NCBI GenBank assembly: GCA_963796105.1
Contig: CAWCKJ010000011.1
Location: 76,543 to 140,542 of the forward strand
Direction of reading: 5' to 3'
From: a candidate division FCPU426 bacterium
GTDB lineage: Bacteria > Oederibacteriota > Muellerivitia > Muellerivitales > Muellerivitaceae
Length of the DNA stretch: 64,000 nucleotides
Part shown: one piece after another, positions 38,558-48,594 of the stretch
How the letters are laid out: each line of letters opens with the position of its first letter
How positions within the stretch are numbered: position 1 is the first letter of the stretch
Program-made: the position numbers and the translations under genes
Notes under the pieces: model-generated
The model's input: the letters and a program-made list of their open reading frames with translations, nothing else
The model's database searches: none
What the model was told of the DNA's origin: nothing

Positions 38558-38821
38558 TCGGGGTGTCACTGGCCAGCCACTTTAACCCCCCTGGCCGCCT
38601 ACTTTGCCCCCCCTCTTTTGGGCACTTCGAGGGGTGCCTGTTTCGGGGACTTCGACCCCTGCCTTGCGGGGCCTCTTTTTTAGATTAATTTAGACCCATC
38701 AAACTCCTTTCACAAGATGCGTTTTGCTTCCCCAACATTGGATGATACGAAGTCCCGCGCAAATCCCGTAACCAATAGGCGCAAGATTGCACGAATAAGA
38801 CAGCATCGAACGATGGGTTTC

Positions 38822-39601
38822 TCATAGTTTTGCCTCTTTTTCCCTGCTGTGTTCTTTTTTCATTTCTTCGCGCATGGAACGGGTCCGAAAGGAAGGGCCC
38901 TGAATGACGACGGCAGTGGCATGGTGGACCAGGCGGTCCATGGCAGCCGAGGCTAGGAGGGCGTCGCCGAAAAGCTCCGGCCACTCCCGCAGACTGCGGT
39001 TGGTGGTAAAAATCAAGGAGCCCTTTTCATAACGCTCACAGATGATGTCGTAAAAATCCTCGGCGACCTTGGTGTCGAAGGGCTTGAGACCCCAGTCGTC
39101 CAGGATCAAGAGGTCGGGTTTCAGGAAGGATGCGAATCGGTTTTCCCAGGTACCGTCCCCGCGCGAGGCCGCTAATCGTTGGGCCGCATGCGAGGTCTTG
39201 ATAAAGAGTACCTCATAACCCTTGCGGCAGACTTCATGGGCCAAAGCGCAGGCCAAATGGGTTTTGCCCACACCTGAGGGACCGATGAAAAATAGGTTCT
39301 CTTTTCGCTCCACGAAAGAACAAGTACCCAAATCCAGGATTTGTTGCCGGTTGATGGCCGGGTTGAAGGCGAAATCGAACCCCGTTAGAGTCATATGGGT
39401 TGAGAAGCCCGCCTTTTTCAGCCTTCTTTGGAGTTGGCCCACTTGGCGGCGCTCCAGCTCATCCAACAGCAACTGGCCCAGGAAATCCATATAACCGATC
39501 TGGGATTCAATGGCCTGCTGGTTTCGGATTTCCAGCGTCTCCAACATACCTGCGAGTTTTAACCTTCTCAGGTGCGGCTCCAACTGATGTTTATTTTCCA
39601 T
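38822..39601 (-). CDS. istB: IS21 helper ATPase IstB
   Basis: GPSGVGKT, LLILDDWG, AAMDRLVHHA. Confidence 0.95.
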   Translation of the reverse strand: MENKHQLEPHLRRLKLAGMLETLEIRNQQAIESQIGYMDFLGQLLLDELERRQVGQLQRRLKKAGFSTHMTLTGFDFAFNPAINRQQILDLGTCSFVERKENLFFIGPSGVGKTHLACALAHEVCRKGYEVLFIKTSHAAQRLAASRGDGTWENRFASFLKPDLLILDDWGLKPFDTKVAEDFYDIICERYEKGSLIFTTNRSLREWPELFGDALLASAAMDRLVHHATAVVIQGPSFRTRSMREEMKKEHSREKEAKL

Positions 39602-39614
39602 ATATGCTTCCTCC

Positions 39615-41144
39615 TCAATTTTTATCCAGAGCCAAGGCACGGAGGAAATCCTCCGCGGGCCGGGCGAAATCGAAAGACGACTGGGGTTTGAGTGAAGGAT
39701 CCGACGGCGGGTCCAACGGGTTTTGATCGAGGTTCTTTTGAAGGATGTTTTTGATGGATTGGTACGTGTAGTTTCCGAAATGGAGGGCCCTTAGACAGGC
39801 TGCCTCCAGACGGGAAGGCAGGTACTTTTCCCTCAAGCGCAGAATGCCCTGGGCTTTGCGCAGATGGTCCAGGGGGTGGGAGTGTTCCAGCAGGAGTTGG
39901 ATTAATTGATGGGTATTAGGTCCAATGGCCTGGGCCTGTTTGAGGCACCATTGTGGGGTTCGTTCCAAGAAGACCGCTTTTTCAGGGGGATAGTGGCCCG
40001 GGTTGGTGCGCCAGGTTCCCTTGCGTGTGGCCTTGGCGTGGGAAGCCACGCATTCGTGTTTGAGAAATATATCAACGGTGGTGTCGGTTAATTGGGCCAG
40101 TAGTTTTTGGCCCCGAAGACGGTAGGGAGCCGAGTAATAGGAACCTTCCACGACTACGTGGCAATCGGGGTGCAGAGTGGCTTCTTTGAAGAAAGTTGGA
40201 TGGTAAGCCGCGGTAGGCAGGGGCAAAAGGGCCTTCTGTTCCACGCTCTGGAAGACGGCCAAGGGTTGAAGCCGGGTGGTGCCATGATCCCGTAAACCTG
40301 CCTTGTTCATCACCCAATCGCGGAGTTGATGGTTGGCATCGGTGCGGCCCTGGAAGGAACGACCCTTGAAGAAGGAATTACGGACATAGGGCACGCCGCG
40401 TTCAACTTTACCCTTGTGGCGTGGAGTGGCGACGCGGCAAGGGGAGATGATGAAGCCGTAATGGTTGGCGCATTCCACGTAGGTACGGTTGGCCAAGGGA
40501 TCATAGAGGGCCGCCTTGACGATGGCGCTTTTCAGGTTATCGATTACGATTTTTTTAGGGACTGAATTGAAGAACTCGAAAGCCCGGCGGTGGCAGGCGA
40601 TCCAGGTTCTCACGTCCTGTGCGAATACAATCTCGGCGTACATATGCCGGGAATGGGAAAGGGTCATCACGAAAACCCAGGCCTTGGCTTGCTTGCCACG
40701 CGTCTCGTCCCACAAGCGGCCCAAAAGCCCGAAATCCACTTGGGCCTCCTCGCCGGGCGCAACCTCCAGCCTCACGTAGGCGGGTTTCTCATTGCGAAAA
40801 GGCTCCGTATACCTCTTCAGGGTCGAGTAACTCCCCTTCCACCCGTGCCGCTCTTGAAGCATCTCCTGGATGCGAATCAAGGTGAAATCTTCCTTCAACC
40901 ATTCTTGGATGATTCCCTTGAGGGCCTCCAAGGCATGAGCGGGAACGGGCGTGGATTTTTCGCCGTCTTCCCAAGCCTTCGCCAAATCCTTTTCCAGGGG
41001 AAGTTCCCCTTGGAGAAAGCCATGTTCTTTCGCCCAACGCACGTATTGCTTGACCGTGTGCTTATTGCATCCCAGGGCCCGGGCAGTGGGTTTGAACCCG
41101 CCCAAGGCCTGGTAAGTCCTCAAAATCTCACGAATAGTCGCCAT
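39615..41144 (-). CDS. istA: IS21 transposase IstA
   Basis: PGEEAQVDFG, DNLKSA, KGKVERGV, YYSAPY. Confidence 0.95.
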   Translation of the reverse strand: MATIREILRTYQALGGFKPTARALGCNKHTVKQYVRWAKEHGFLQGELPLEKDLAKAWEDGEKSTPVPAHALEALKGIIQEWLKEDFTLIRIQEMLQERHGWKGSYSTLKRYTEPFRNEKPAYVRLEVAPGEEAQVDFGLLGRLWDETRGKQAKAWVFVMTLSHSRHMYAEIVFAQDVRTWIACHRRAFEFFNSVPKKIVIDNLKSAIVKAALYDPLANRTYVECANHYGFIISPCRVATPRHKGKVERGVPYVRNSFFKGRSFQGRTDANHQLRDWVMNKAGLRDHGTTRLQPLAVFQSVEQKALLPLPTAAYHPTFFKEATLHPDCHVVVEGSYYSAPYRLRGQKLLAQLTDTTVDIFLKHECVASHAKATRKGTWRTNPGHYPPEKAVFLERTPQWCLKQAQAIGPNTHQLIQLLLEHSHPLDHLRKAQGILRLREKYLPSRLEAACLRALHFGNYTYQSIKNILQKNLDQNPLDPPSDPSLKPQSSFDFARPAEDFLRALALDKN

Positions 41145-41382
41145 GTCGCTCTGCCTCCCTTGTCGGGTCATGCCGTTCTCCTCACATGAAGTGAAAAAAG
41201 AAAGGAATGACGGTTAGAGAGGCCCTTGGCAAGGGGGTCAAAGTCGGTGGCCAGACAGGGGGTCAAAGTGACTGGCCAGAGGTGGGGTCAAAGTGCTTGG
41301 CCAGCTAGGGGGTTAAAGCTCGCGGCCAATGACACGGGGTGACCCGTTGAAATAAAGCCCCTAATAACCCCAAAATCAACTT

Positions 41383-43257
41383 ATGAGAAAGGACCCCCTC
41401 ACCCCTAGCCGTGTCGCCAGGGTACCGGATAAACCCCTCCTTGTTTACGACGGGGATTGCGGTTTTTGCAGGAAATGGGCCGCCCGGTGGCACCGCCTCA
41501 CCGGCGACAAGGTGGATTACGAACCTTACCAGCAATCCGCCTCCCGTTTCCCCGAAATTCCCCTCCACCGGTTCGAAACCGCCGTCCAACTGATCGGCCC
41601 GGACGGGAGAGTGTCGGAGGGGGCCGAGGCTGTTTTCAAGACCCTGTCCTTCTCCTCCTGGCTGGGATGGCTGGCCGGGGCCTATAACCGGGTTCCGGGT
41701 TTCGCCCCAGCCTCCGAGGCCCTTTACGGGTTCGTGGCAAGCCACCGGGGTTTATTTTCCTCCGCCTCTTCCTGCGGCACCGCCCCGGCTGACAGCCCCC
41801 CTTCCTATTTCCTTGCCCGTGGGTGGTTCCTGAAAGTCCTGGCCCTGTCCTACCTGGCGGCATTCCTTTCCCTTTGGACCCAGGTGGAAGGCCTCCTGGG
41901 AAGTTCCGGAATCCTGCCCGCGGCGTCCTTTTTAAACTCCGTGAAGGGCCAACTCGGGGCTTCAGGCTTCCTGCAGTTCCCCACCCTTTGCTGGATCAAT
42001 TGCGGCGATTGGTTCCTTTCGCTCCTTTGCGCCGGAGGGGCCGCGCTCAGCCTGTTACTTCTGTTCGATTTTTTTCCGTCCTTTTGCCTGGCCGGGCTTT
42101 GGGTGATTTACCTTTCGCTGGTGAAAGTCGGGCAGGATTTCCTCAGTTTCCAATGGGACAATCTCCTCCTGGAAGCGGGGTTCCTGGCTATATTCATGAT
42201 GCCCCCCGGCCTAAAAAGACTCCGGGGATCCCATGCGCCCGCGGCGCGCCCAATACTTTGGCTGTACCAATGGCTTCTCTTCCGCCTTATGTTTTCCTCG
42301 GGTGTGGTGAAGCTGGTGAGCGGGGATCACGCTTGGAGGAATTTAACGGCCCTCCGGTACCATTACGAAACACAGCCCCTCCCGACCCACTTAGCCTGGG
42401 TGATGAACCAATTGCCGGCCTGGTTCCAGGGGCTCTCCTGCCTTTATATGTTCGGGGTGGAACTGGCGGTCCCATTCCTGGTATTCGGGCCCCGCCGCTT
42501 GAGGCCCTGGGCCTTCCCGTTCCTGGCGTCCCTCCAGGTCTTGATCGCCTTGACCGGCAATTATTGTTTCTTCAATCTTCTGGCCCTGGGGTTGTGCTTG
42601 TTCACGCTGGAGGACGCGGCCTGGCCGGCTTGGGCCAGGAGGCGGGTTCCCAGCCCCGTTGAAAACCCCCCGAAAGGTTCCATGCCCCGGTGGGTGACGG
42701 GTTCCGTTTTTGCCGCCGTTCTGTATCTGTCTCTGTTCCAATGGCCCTATATTTTCGGGTGGGAGCCGAGGTGGCCGGCCCCCCTCGCGGCGGTTTTTGA
42801 AATCCTGGAGCCCTTCCAAAGCGTCAACAGTTACGGTTTGTTCGCGGTCATGACCACCACCCGCCCGGAAATCGCCGTGGAAGGAAGCAGTGACGGGATA
42901 AGCTGGTCGGAATATGAATTCAAGTTCAAGGCCGGGGACTTAAAGGCCCGGCCCCGCTGGGCGGCGCCCCACCAGCCGAGGCTCGATTGGCAGATGTGGT
43001 TCGCGGCCCTGGGGGACGCCCGTCAAAACCCCTGGTTCGTGAATTTCCTGGTAAGGCTCCTTCAAGGTTCGCAACCCGTCCTGGCTCTGTTGAAAACCAA
43101 CCCTTTCCCCCAGAAGCCCCCCCGGTTCATCCGCGCCCAAATTTACGATTACCATTTCACGGATTCCGGGGAGAAGGCCGGGTCGGGCGCATGGTGGAAG
43201 AGGAAGTACCTGGGACCTTACATACCGGCTTTTTCCCTGGGGGATGTCCAGCCCTGA
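41383..43257 (+). CDS. DCC1-like thiol-disulfide domain fused to lipase maturation factor (LMF) family membrane protein
   Basis: YDGDCGFC; FQWDNLLLEAGF, FRLMFSSGVVK, HYETQPLP, YGLFAVMT, PHQPRLDWQMWF. Confidence 0.9.
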   Translation: MRKDPLTPSRVARVPDKPLLVYDGDCGFCRKWAARWHRLTGDKVDYEPYQQSASRFPEIPLHRFETAVQLIGPDGRVSEGAEAVFKTLSFSSWLGWLAGAYNRVPGFAPASEALYGFVASHRGLFSSASSCGTAPADSPPSYFLARGWFLKVLALSYLAAFLSLWTQVEGLLGSSGILPAASFLNSVKGQLGASGFLQFPTLCWINCGDWFLSLLCAGGAALSLLLLFDFFPSFCLAGLWVIYLSLVKVGQDFLSFQWDNLLLEAGFLAIFMMPPGLKRLRGSHAPAARPILWLYQWLLFRLMFSSGVVKLVSGDHAWRNLTALRYHYETQPLPTHLAWVMNQLPAWFQGLSCLYMFGVELAVPFLVFGPRRLRPWAFPFLASLQVLIALTGNYCFFNLLALGLCLFTLEDAAWPAWARRRVPSPVENPPKGSMPRWVTGSVFAAVLYLSLFQWPYIFGWEPRWPAPLAAVFEILEPFQSVNSYGLFAVMTTTRPEIAVEGSSDGISWSEYEFKFKAGDLKARPRWAAPHQPRLDWQMWFAALGDARQNPWFVNFLVRLLQGSQPVLALLKTNPFPQKPPRFIRAQIYDYHFTDSGEKAGSGAWWKRKYLGPYIPAFSLGDVQP

Positions 43258-43351
43258 GGTCCTTTGTTGTTTTTAGAACCGATCTCAAAATACCTACTGC
43301 GCGGACGAAAGCAGATTCCCCCTTAATCTTCGGCAGATCCTTTACGGCCGT

Positions 43352-43954
43352 CTAGAATACCTCGAAAGTAATCCTAAGCCGCGTCTTGGAATCCACCGGC
43401 ACATTGTCCTGGGCCGCCGGTTTGAACTGCCACTTCGAGGCGGTTTTTATTGCGATGGCATCCAACTCGTCGTTGCCGCTGGTATCCAACAGCCTCGGGG
43501 TCACCGCCCCCTGGGCCGTAATGAGGAACTCGATCACCACGTTGGCCTTGAGGTTTTGGTTCCGTAAGTAAACGGGGATGACCGGCTCCGGGGCGTAAAG
43601 GGCCACGGGACCGTGGGTCGGACCCAACTGTGGGCCGGCCTCCACCTGGTTCTGTTCAGGGGCTTTCGGCTGTTCCTTCTTTTCCGTTTTTTTCTTGTGG
43701 CTTTGTTTCCGGCTGAAGACGATCTCCTCGTCGTCCTTGACGGCCGTGGTACCTGTCAAATGGGCGTTGGCGGGTAGTTGGACGATCTGGGCTTCCACAT
43801 AGTTGGCGGAATCAAAGCGGTTCCTCAAAAAAGGAAGCCGCCCCAACCCTAAGGCCAGGAAGAAAAGGATTTCCAGGCCAAGGGCCATCATTGCGGCCTG
43901 TCCGATCCTTTTTCCGTCATCATCCCATTTGGAGTAACTTTGGGTGCCGTTCAC
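43352..43954 (-). CDS. tonB: Energy transducer TonB
   Basis: TM anchor, Lys/Pro linker, C-terminal P.IP...SSG-like...LD..A...WQFKPA. Confidence 0.85.
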   Translation of the reverse strand: MNGTQSYSKWDDDGKRIGQAAMMALGLEILFFLALGLGRLPFLRNRFDSANYVEAQIVQLPANAHLTGTTAVKDDEEIVFSRKQSHKKKTEKKEQPKAPEQNQVEAGPQLGPTHGPVALYAPEPVIPVYLRNQNLKANVVIEFLITAQGAVTPRLLDTSGNDELDAIAIKTASKWQFKPAAQDNVPVDSKTRLRITFEVF

Positions 43955-44361
43955 TTATTTTTCTCCGCTTCCGCCACCAGGGCGAATTTTCGGACCCCCA
44001 CTTCCTTGGCCTTGTCCATGGCCCCCAACACCAAGCCGTAACCCACGCCCTCGTCAGCGTTGACGATCACGGCCGCCTGGGGGTCGGTTTGCATCTGGTA
44101 GGCCAGTTGGCTTCCCAGGGTGTCGAGGGTCACGGGGGTTTTATTGACCATAAGCGACCCATCCTTCTTGACCGTGAGGATAATGTTTTGTTTCATCGTC
44201 TCCGGTTTTCCCGACATCTTGGGTAGCACCACCTTGACGCTGTTGATGCGCGTCATGGCCAGGGAAGAGACCATGAAGAAGACCAAAAGGAAGAAAATAA
44301 CGTCGATCATGGGGATGATCTCGATGCGGACCTTCTTGATGGGCCTTTGCCGGATTTGCAT
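43951..44361 (-). CDS. exbD: ExbD/TolR family protein
   Basis: IEIIPMIDVIFFLLVFFM; ADEGVGYG. Confidence 0.92.
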   Translation of the reverse strand: MQIRQRPIKKVRIEIIPMIDVIFFLLVFFMVSSLAMTRINSVKVVLPKMSGKPETMKQNIILTVKKDGSLMVNKTPVTLDTLGSQLAYQMQTDPQAAVIVNADEGVGYGLVLGAMDKAKEVGVRKFALVAEAEKNK

Positions 44362-45017
44362 TATTTTTTCCTCCGTTCCGCCGCCATCCGCGCCTCCACC
44401 AGCCGGGAGCCAGCCGATTCCATCTTGTAGATGAAATTCTTGATGAGCGTGTTGTAATAGTTGTGCGCGATGACGCAGACCAGAGCGATCACGAGCCCCG
44501 TGGCGGTTGCGATCAGCGCCTCCGCGATGCCGCCCGTGATGGAATAGGGGTCGTCCACCCCGCTTTGGGTCAGGACCTTGAAGGAACTCATCATCCCGAT
44601 GATGGTCCCCAAGAGCCCCATGAGGGGAGCAATGGTGATGGTCGTGTCCAGCACGTGGACGAACTTTTCCAGGCGCGGCACCCAGCTTTCTCCCTCGTTT
44701 TTCATGGCCAATTCCATCTCAACCAGGGGGCTGGTGAAATGTTCCAGTCCTGTTTTCATCACCGCCGCGACGGGGATATCCTTTCCCGCGCAAAACTTGG
44801 ACGCCTCCGGAACCTTTCCTTCCCTTACCCTGTCCAGGACCCCCTCGATGAGGTCCGGCGGGGTGGCATACCGCTTAAAATAGGTCCTCCAGCGCTCGAT
44901 AATCACCGTCAAAGCGATTAAAGAGGACGCTAACAGCGGGAGCATCATGAATCCGCCCCGGAAAATAAATTTGAACCCTTCCAGAAATCCGCTCATATTT
45001 ATTCCTTTCTTAGTCAA
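44361..45017 (-). CDS. exbB: ExbB/TolQ/MotA family protein
   Basis: APLMGLLGTIIGM; GGIAEALIATATGL; start possibly 44996. Confidence 0.92.
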   Translation of the reverse strand: MTKKGINMSGFLEGFKFIFRGGFMMLPLLASSLIALTVIIERWRTYFKRYATPPDLIEGVLDRVREGKVPEASKFCAGKDIPVAAVMKTGLEHFTSPLVEMELAMKNEGESWVPRLEKFVHVLDTTITIAPLMGLLGTIIGMMSSFKVLTQSGVDDPYSITGGIAEALIATATGLVIALVCVIAHNYYNTLIKNFIYKMESAGSRLVEARMAAERRKK

Positions 45018-45021
45018 AAGT

Positions 45022-45068
45022 TAAAAACGGAAAGACGCCGGCCGGTCCTGAACCGGCCGGCGTTTTCC
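45022..45068 (-). terminator. GC-rich hairpin/terminator after the TonB receptor gene
   Basis: ACGCCGGCCGGT/ACCGGCCGGCGT stem followed by a T-rich tail on the minus strand. Confidence 0.6.
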
Positions 45069-45077
45069 TCGAAACGT

Positions 45078-47507
45078 TTAAATCTCCTTGGCCAGGCGGA
45101 AGATGAATTGCCGCCCCGACTCGAAGTGGTTGCCGTTGAACCCGTTGGCAATGAAAATCGGGTACTGGTTGTCGAATATGTTCAGCACGTCCAGGCTGGC
45201 TTTGAGCCCCGAAAGCCCGCTTTCCTTCTTGAAGGCGTAGCCCAGGGTGGCGTCCATCGTGAAATGTGAGGGAAGCCTCAAGGAGTTGTTGGGGCCGGTG
45301 CTCAAGCCCCCGCCGAATAAGCCTTCCGCGGTGATCCAGAGGTCGCCCGGGTTGTAGGTCAGTCCCCCGTTGGCCGTGTGGATCTGGCAGTGGTCCAGGA
45401 ATTGGTAAACGCCCGGCTCGAAATCGTAACCGGGGGGAAAGGCGAAGAGTCCGCCGTTGATTCCCTGGCCCTTGGCGATCTCGTAGGAATAGTTCGCGAA
45501 ATCCGACCATTGGCTGTCGATTTTCCCGTTGATGGAGAAATCCACGCCGTAGGCGTAGCCGGTAGAGAAGTTGTAGGGCTGGGCTATGGCGGTGTTCAAT
45601 AACTGGACGTCATCCAGCATATCCGTCGCGAATTTGTAATACCCGTTGACGGAAAACAGGTGGTCCCCGGCCTGCTGGGCGGCCCCGGCCTCGAAGTAGT
45701 CGTCCTTCTCAGCCTTGATGTCGTAGGGGGCCAATTGGTTCCCCTGGCCGAGGTTGATGAAGGTATCCCGAAGGTCCTCCGGCGGGGCCGGCATGAAAAG
45801 CCTGCCGTAAAACAAGTGGACCTTCGTGTTGTCCGTGGGAAGGATGCTCAACCCCACGCGCGGTTCCACCATGGAGTCGTTGGCGGTGGTTTCCGGAAAG
45901 ACGAACTGGGTGGCGTCGATGCGGACCCCCGCGTCCAGGACCAGCCACTTGGCGAGCGTCAGGTCGTCCTGCAGGTAAAACCCCTCCTGGTAGCCGTTGT
46001 CCGTGGCGTCGTCGCTGGTGGAAGTCGTGACCGGCGTGCCGCCGGTGGAATCCACGAAAACGACGTTCACGGGGCCGAAGGACTGGGTCCAGAGGGCCTG
46101 GACCCCGGCCTTGATGAGGTTGCTGTCCCCGGCGCGCAGGGTGTAGTCCGCCTGGAATCCCAGGTTGTTGCTGGTCCGGTTTTCCGAGAAGGAATCCGCG
46201 GTGGTTTGGAACAGGGACGTTGAGGCCAGGTCGTCGGCAAGGTCGTTGGTGAAGACCGCGTTCGACTGCTTCCAATAGGGAGCCACCTGCAGGAAGGAGT
46301 TGTCGCCGAAACTGTGTTTCCAGGCGAACTCCACGTACTTGTTGGATTCGCTCTGGGTATCGTTGGTCCCCGATGGCACGTAATTAAAAGGCCCGTTCCC
46401 GTAAGGATCGGTATAGGTGCTGAAGAATGGGCTGTTGGAGCCGAACGAGACTGGATAGTTCGGGATTTGGTAGAACTTGTTCTCGCTGAAGCCGATGAGG
46501 GCCAGCTTATTGGAGTTGTCCGCCACCCAATCGAGCTTCACGAACTGGTTGGAACCGTAGCTCTGGTCGTGGACCGCCTCTGAGCCTCCCTTCGAGTCGT
46601 CCGTCTGACTCGCAGGATTGGGAGTGTCCAGTCCCCGGTCGGTGTAGGTGCTGTTGGCCGAGAGGAAGTAATGGAAAACCCCGGATGCGTCCGATCCGCC
46701 GTAATTGGCGAAAGGCGAAAGCTGGTTATAGGACCCGTAATCCAGGCCGATATCCCCGCCGGGAGTCGTGGACCCCGACTTGGTGACGATGTTGACCACC
46801 CCTGCCAGGCGCGTCCCGAACTCGGCGGGTAGGCCCCCGGTGAGGACGTCCATATGGTCGATGTTCACGGGAGTAAAAGCCTCGCCGAAGGACCCCCCCG
46901 TGGAATCGGGAAGCTGGATGCCGTCGATCTGGTATTGCAGGTTGGCGTGGTTGCCCCGGGTGAAGATTTGCCCGAATGGCCCCTCCACCATCCCCGCGTT
47001 GGTGGTATAGAGAATTTTGGGGAGGGAAGCCGTGTCCCCCTGGGGAAGCTGGGCGATTTCCTCCGCGTCGATTGATTTACTGCTGGAGGCGGAATTGGTG
47101 ATGAGTTGGCGCTTTTCGCGCACAGTCATTTGCATTTCCGCGCTTCCCGCCGTGACCAGGCTCATGTCGAGGGTGGTATTGTTCCCCGAGACCTCCACCT
47201 TGGCCTGGTAAGGCGCAAAGCCGTCGGCTTGCACGCTGACCTCGTATTCCCCGAAAGTCAAAGGAAAGGCTTGATAGGTCCCAGTCGCCGTGGAAACGGC
47301 GGACTTTTCGATCCCTTGTCCTTTGATGGTGATTTTGGCGTTTTCCACCGCCACCCCCTTGTCGTCCGTAACCGTCCCCGACAAAGCGCCGGTCACCGTG
47401 GCAAACGCGGGAGAAATACAAACACTGAAAAGAGCGAGCAGCGACAAAAGCATTTTTTTATAGGCTTTCATTTTCATCTCCTGTGTCATTGGATTTTTAA
47501 ATCTCAT
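45078..47507 (-). CDS. TonB-dependent receptor with N-terminal carboxypeptidase-regulatory-like domain
   Basis: GALSGTVTD N-domain; plug RG...IDGI...GGLPAEFG...GVVNIVTKSG; C-terminal NIFD..Y...GRQF; start probably 47477. Confidence 0.92.
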   Translation of the reverse strand: MRFKNPMTQEMKMKAYKKMLLSLLALFSVCISPAFATVTGALSGTVTDDKGVAVENAKITIKGQGIEKSAVSTATGTYQAFPLTFGEYEVSVQADGFAPYQAKVEVSGNNTTLDMSLVTAGSAEMQMTVREKRQLITNSASSSKSIDAEEIAQLPQGDTASLPKILYTTNAGMVEGPFGQIFTRGNHANLQYQIDGIQLPDSTGGSFGEAFTPVNIDHMDVLTGGLPAEFGTRLAGVVNIVTKSGSTTPGGDIGLDYGSYNQLSPFANYGGSDASGVFHYFLSANSTYTDRGLDTPNPASQTDDSKGGSEAVHDQSYGSNQFVKLDWVADNSNKLALIGFSENKFYQIPNYPVSFGSNSPFFSTYTDPYGNGPFNYVPSGTNDTQSESNKYVEFAWKHSFGDNSFLQVAPYWKQSNAVFTNDLADDLASTSLFQTTADSFSENRTSNNLGFQADYTLRAGDSNLIKAGVQALWTQSFGPVNVVFVDSTGGTPVTTSTSDDATDNGYQEGFYLQDDLTLAKWLVLDAGVRIDATQFVFPETTANDSMVEPRVGLSILPTDNTKVHLFYGRLFMPAPPEDLRDTFINLGQGNQLAPYDIKAEKDDYFEAGAAQQAGDHLFSVNGYYKFATDMLDDVQLLNTAIAQPYNFSTGYAYGVDFSINGKIDSQWSDFANYSYEIAKGQGINGGLFAFPPGYDFEPGVYQFLDHCQIHTANGGLTYNPGDLWITAEGLFGGGLSTGPNNSLRLPSHFTMDATLGYAFKKESGLSGLKASLDVLNIFDNQYPIFIANGFNGNHFESGRQFIFRLAKEI

Positions 47508-47528
47508 TTTTTAAGCCCCTAATCCCAT

Positions 47529-47852
47529 TCAACCGGGACAAATGGCTTCGGGCGGGGACCTGCCGGGCCGCCGGAAAATATCCTGGAATAAAAATTCCAG
47601 TTTGGTCCCGGTTAAAACCAGGATGAAAAAAAGCGGGAAGAGCGTTGGCTGGGCCTGGGCTTCGGTGCCTTGGGACCCCGTATGGCACCATTGGCAATAG
47701 GGGCAATCCCGCTCCGAATCGGAGCCGTGGTGCCTATGGAAAAATCCTTCCCCGGTCATGATCAGCAAAAAAAACAACGCCAATGAGACCAGGACCGATT
47801 TAAAAACAATTTTCTTGAATTCCAGGGAGTTCCCCTTGAGCCTCAAAACCAT
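47529..47852 (-). CDS. DUF2946/CruR-like leader ORF (His, CxxC, RSPP)
   Basis: TM segment, HRHH, CPYC, C-terminal GRSPP; ATG 47852 overlaps the upstream gene's end; sits directly before the receptor gene. Confidence 0.65.
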   Translation of the reverse strand: MVLRLKGNSLEFKKIVFKSVLVSLALFFLLIMTGEGFFHRHHGSDSERDCPYCQWCHTGSQGTEAQAQPTLFPLFFILVLTGTKLEFLFQDIFRRPGRSPPEAICPG

Positions 47853-48574
47853 GCTTTCCTCGGCCATTCGACTTTGTCGGAAGTCATCCGGTAAAGGCAC
47901 CAGCCGCTGCCTTTCTCGTCGTACTGTGTCCCCACTTTTAAAGTGCCGAAAACCGTGACCGGCACGTCCATGATCGCCTCGGCGGTTTTTCCCCGGTCCA
48001 TGTCCACGTAAATCCACTGGTTGAGGTTTGGGATCGCCCCGTAACAGCAGGTGGCCCGGCTTTGCGCCAGGATGAAAGTGCGCGCGTTGTTTCTCTCCAC
48101 CGTCATGGGAATCATGAAACCCACCACCGATATTTTTTGCCCGTCCAAAGCCAGGATGTTGGATGGGACTTTTGAAAGTGACGCTTCGGTCCTTGAACCG
48201 GCTCCAGCCCCGAGGTTATCCAAGGGCGGTTTACCGGAGGGGAAACCGCTCAGGGTATCGAAACCCAGTTGGAAATAATCCCCGGATTTGGGGTAGGGGA
48301 TTTTCAACCCCGCCGGTTCGGCGGGAATTCCAGGTTCCTTTTGGTTTACGGCATAGGATTTCCCGGCTTCCTCCCTGTGTGCCTGGTCCTTCCAGTATTG
48401 GGTCATTGAGGGGGTAATGGTCCCCTTCAAGAGAATCAGGAACATCACCAACCCAGCTATCCCCGTGAAAATAATGATGGCCCAAAAGCTTGAGTCCCTC
48501 GGGGGAATGGAGGATTGGTACTCGACTTTTATCCTCTTTTTCCCCGGCCAGGCGTTTCGGATATAGGTTTTCAT
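47843..48574 (-). CDS. DUF3299 (ZrgD-like) protein
   Basis: LDGQKISVVGFMIP...FIL...TCCYG..P..NQWIYV. Confidence 0.85.
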   Translation of the reverse strand: MKTYIRNAWPGKKRIKVEYQSSIPPRDSSFWAIIIFTGIAGLVMFLILLKGTITPSMTQYWKDQAHREEAGKSYAVNQKEPGIPAEPAGLKIPYPKSGDYFQLGFDTLSGFPSGKPPLDNLGAGAGSRTEASLSKVPSNILALDGQKISVVGFMIPMTVERNNARTFILAQSRATCCYGAIPNLNQWIYVDMDRGKTAEAIMDVPVTVFGTLKVGTQYDEKGSGWCLYRMTSDKVEWPRKAWF

Positions 48575-48594
48575 CCCGTTTCCTTACCTTTCAC

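Larger units (their letters stand above)
38564..41334 (-). mobile_element. IS21-family element 1
   Basis: Ends TGTCACTGGCC.../...GGCCAATGACA; subterminal GGGGTCAAAGT..TGGCCAG repeats; 5-bp TSD CGGGG (38559-38563, 41335-41339). Confidence 0.93.

Noticed and set aside
38099..38683. 194-aa Cys/Ser-rich ORF
   Set aside because: Translation of the 21-bp array running into the IS21 end; no RBS or domain evidence
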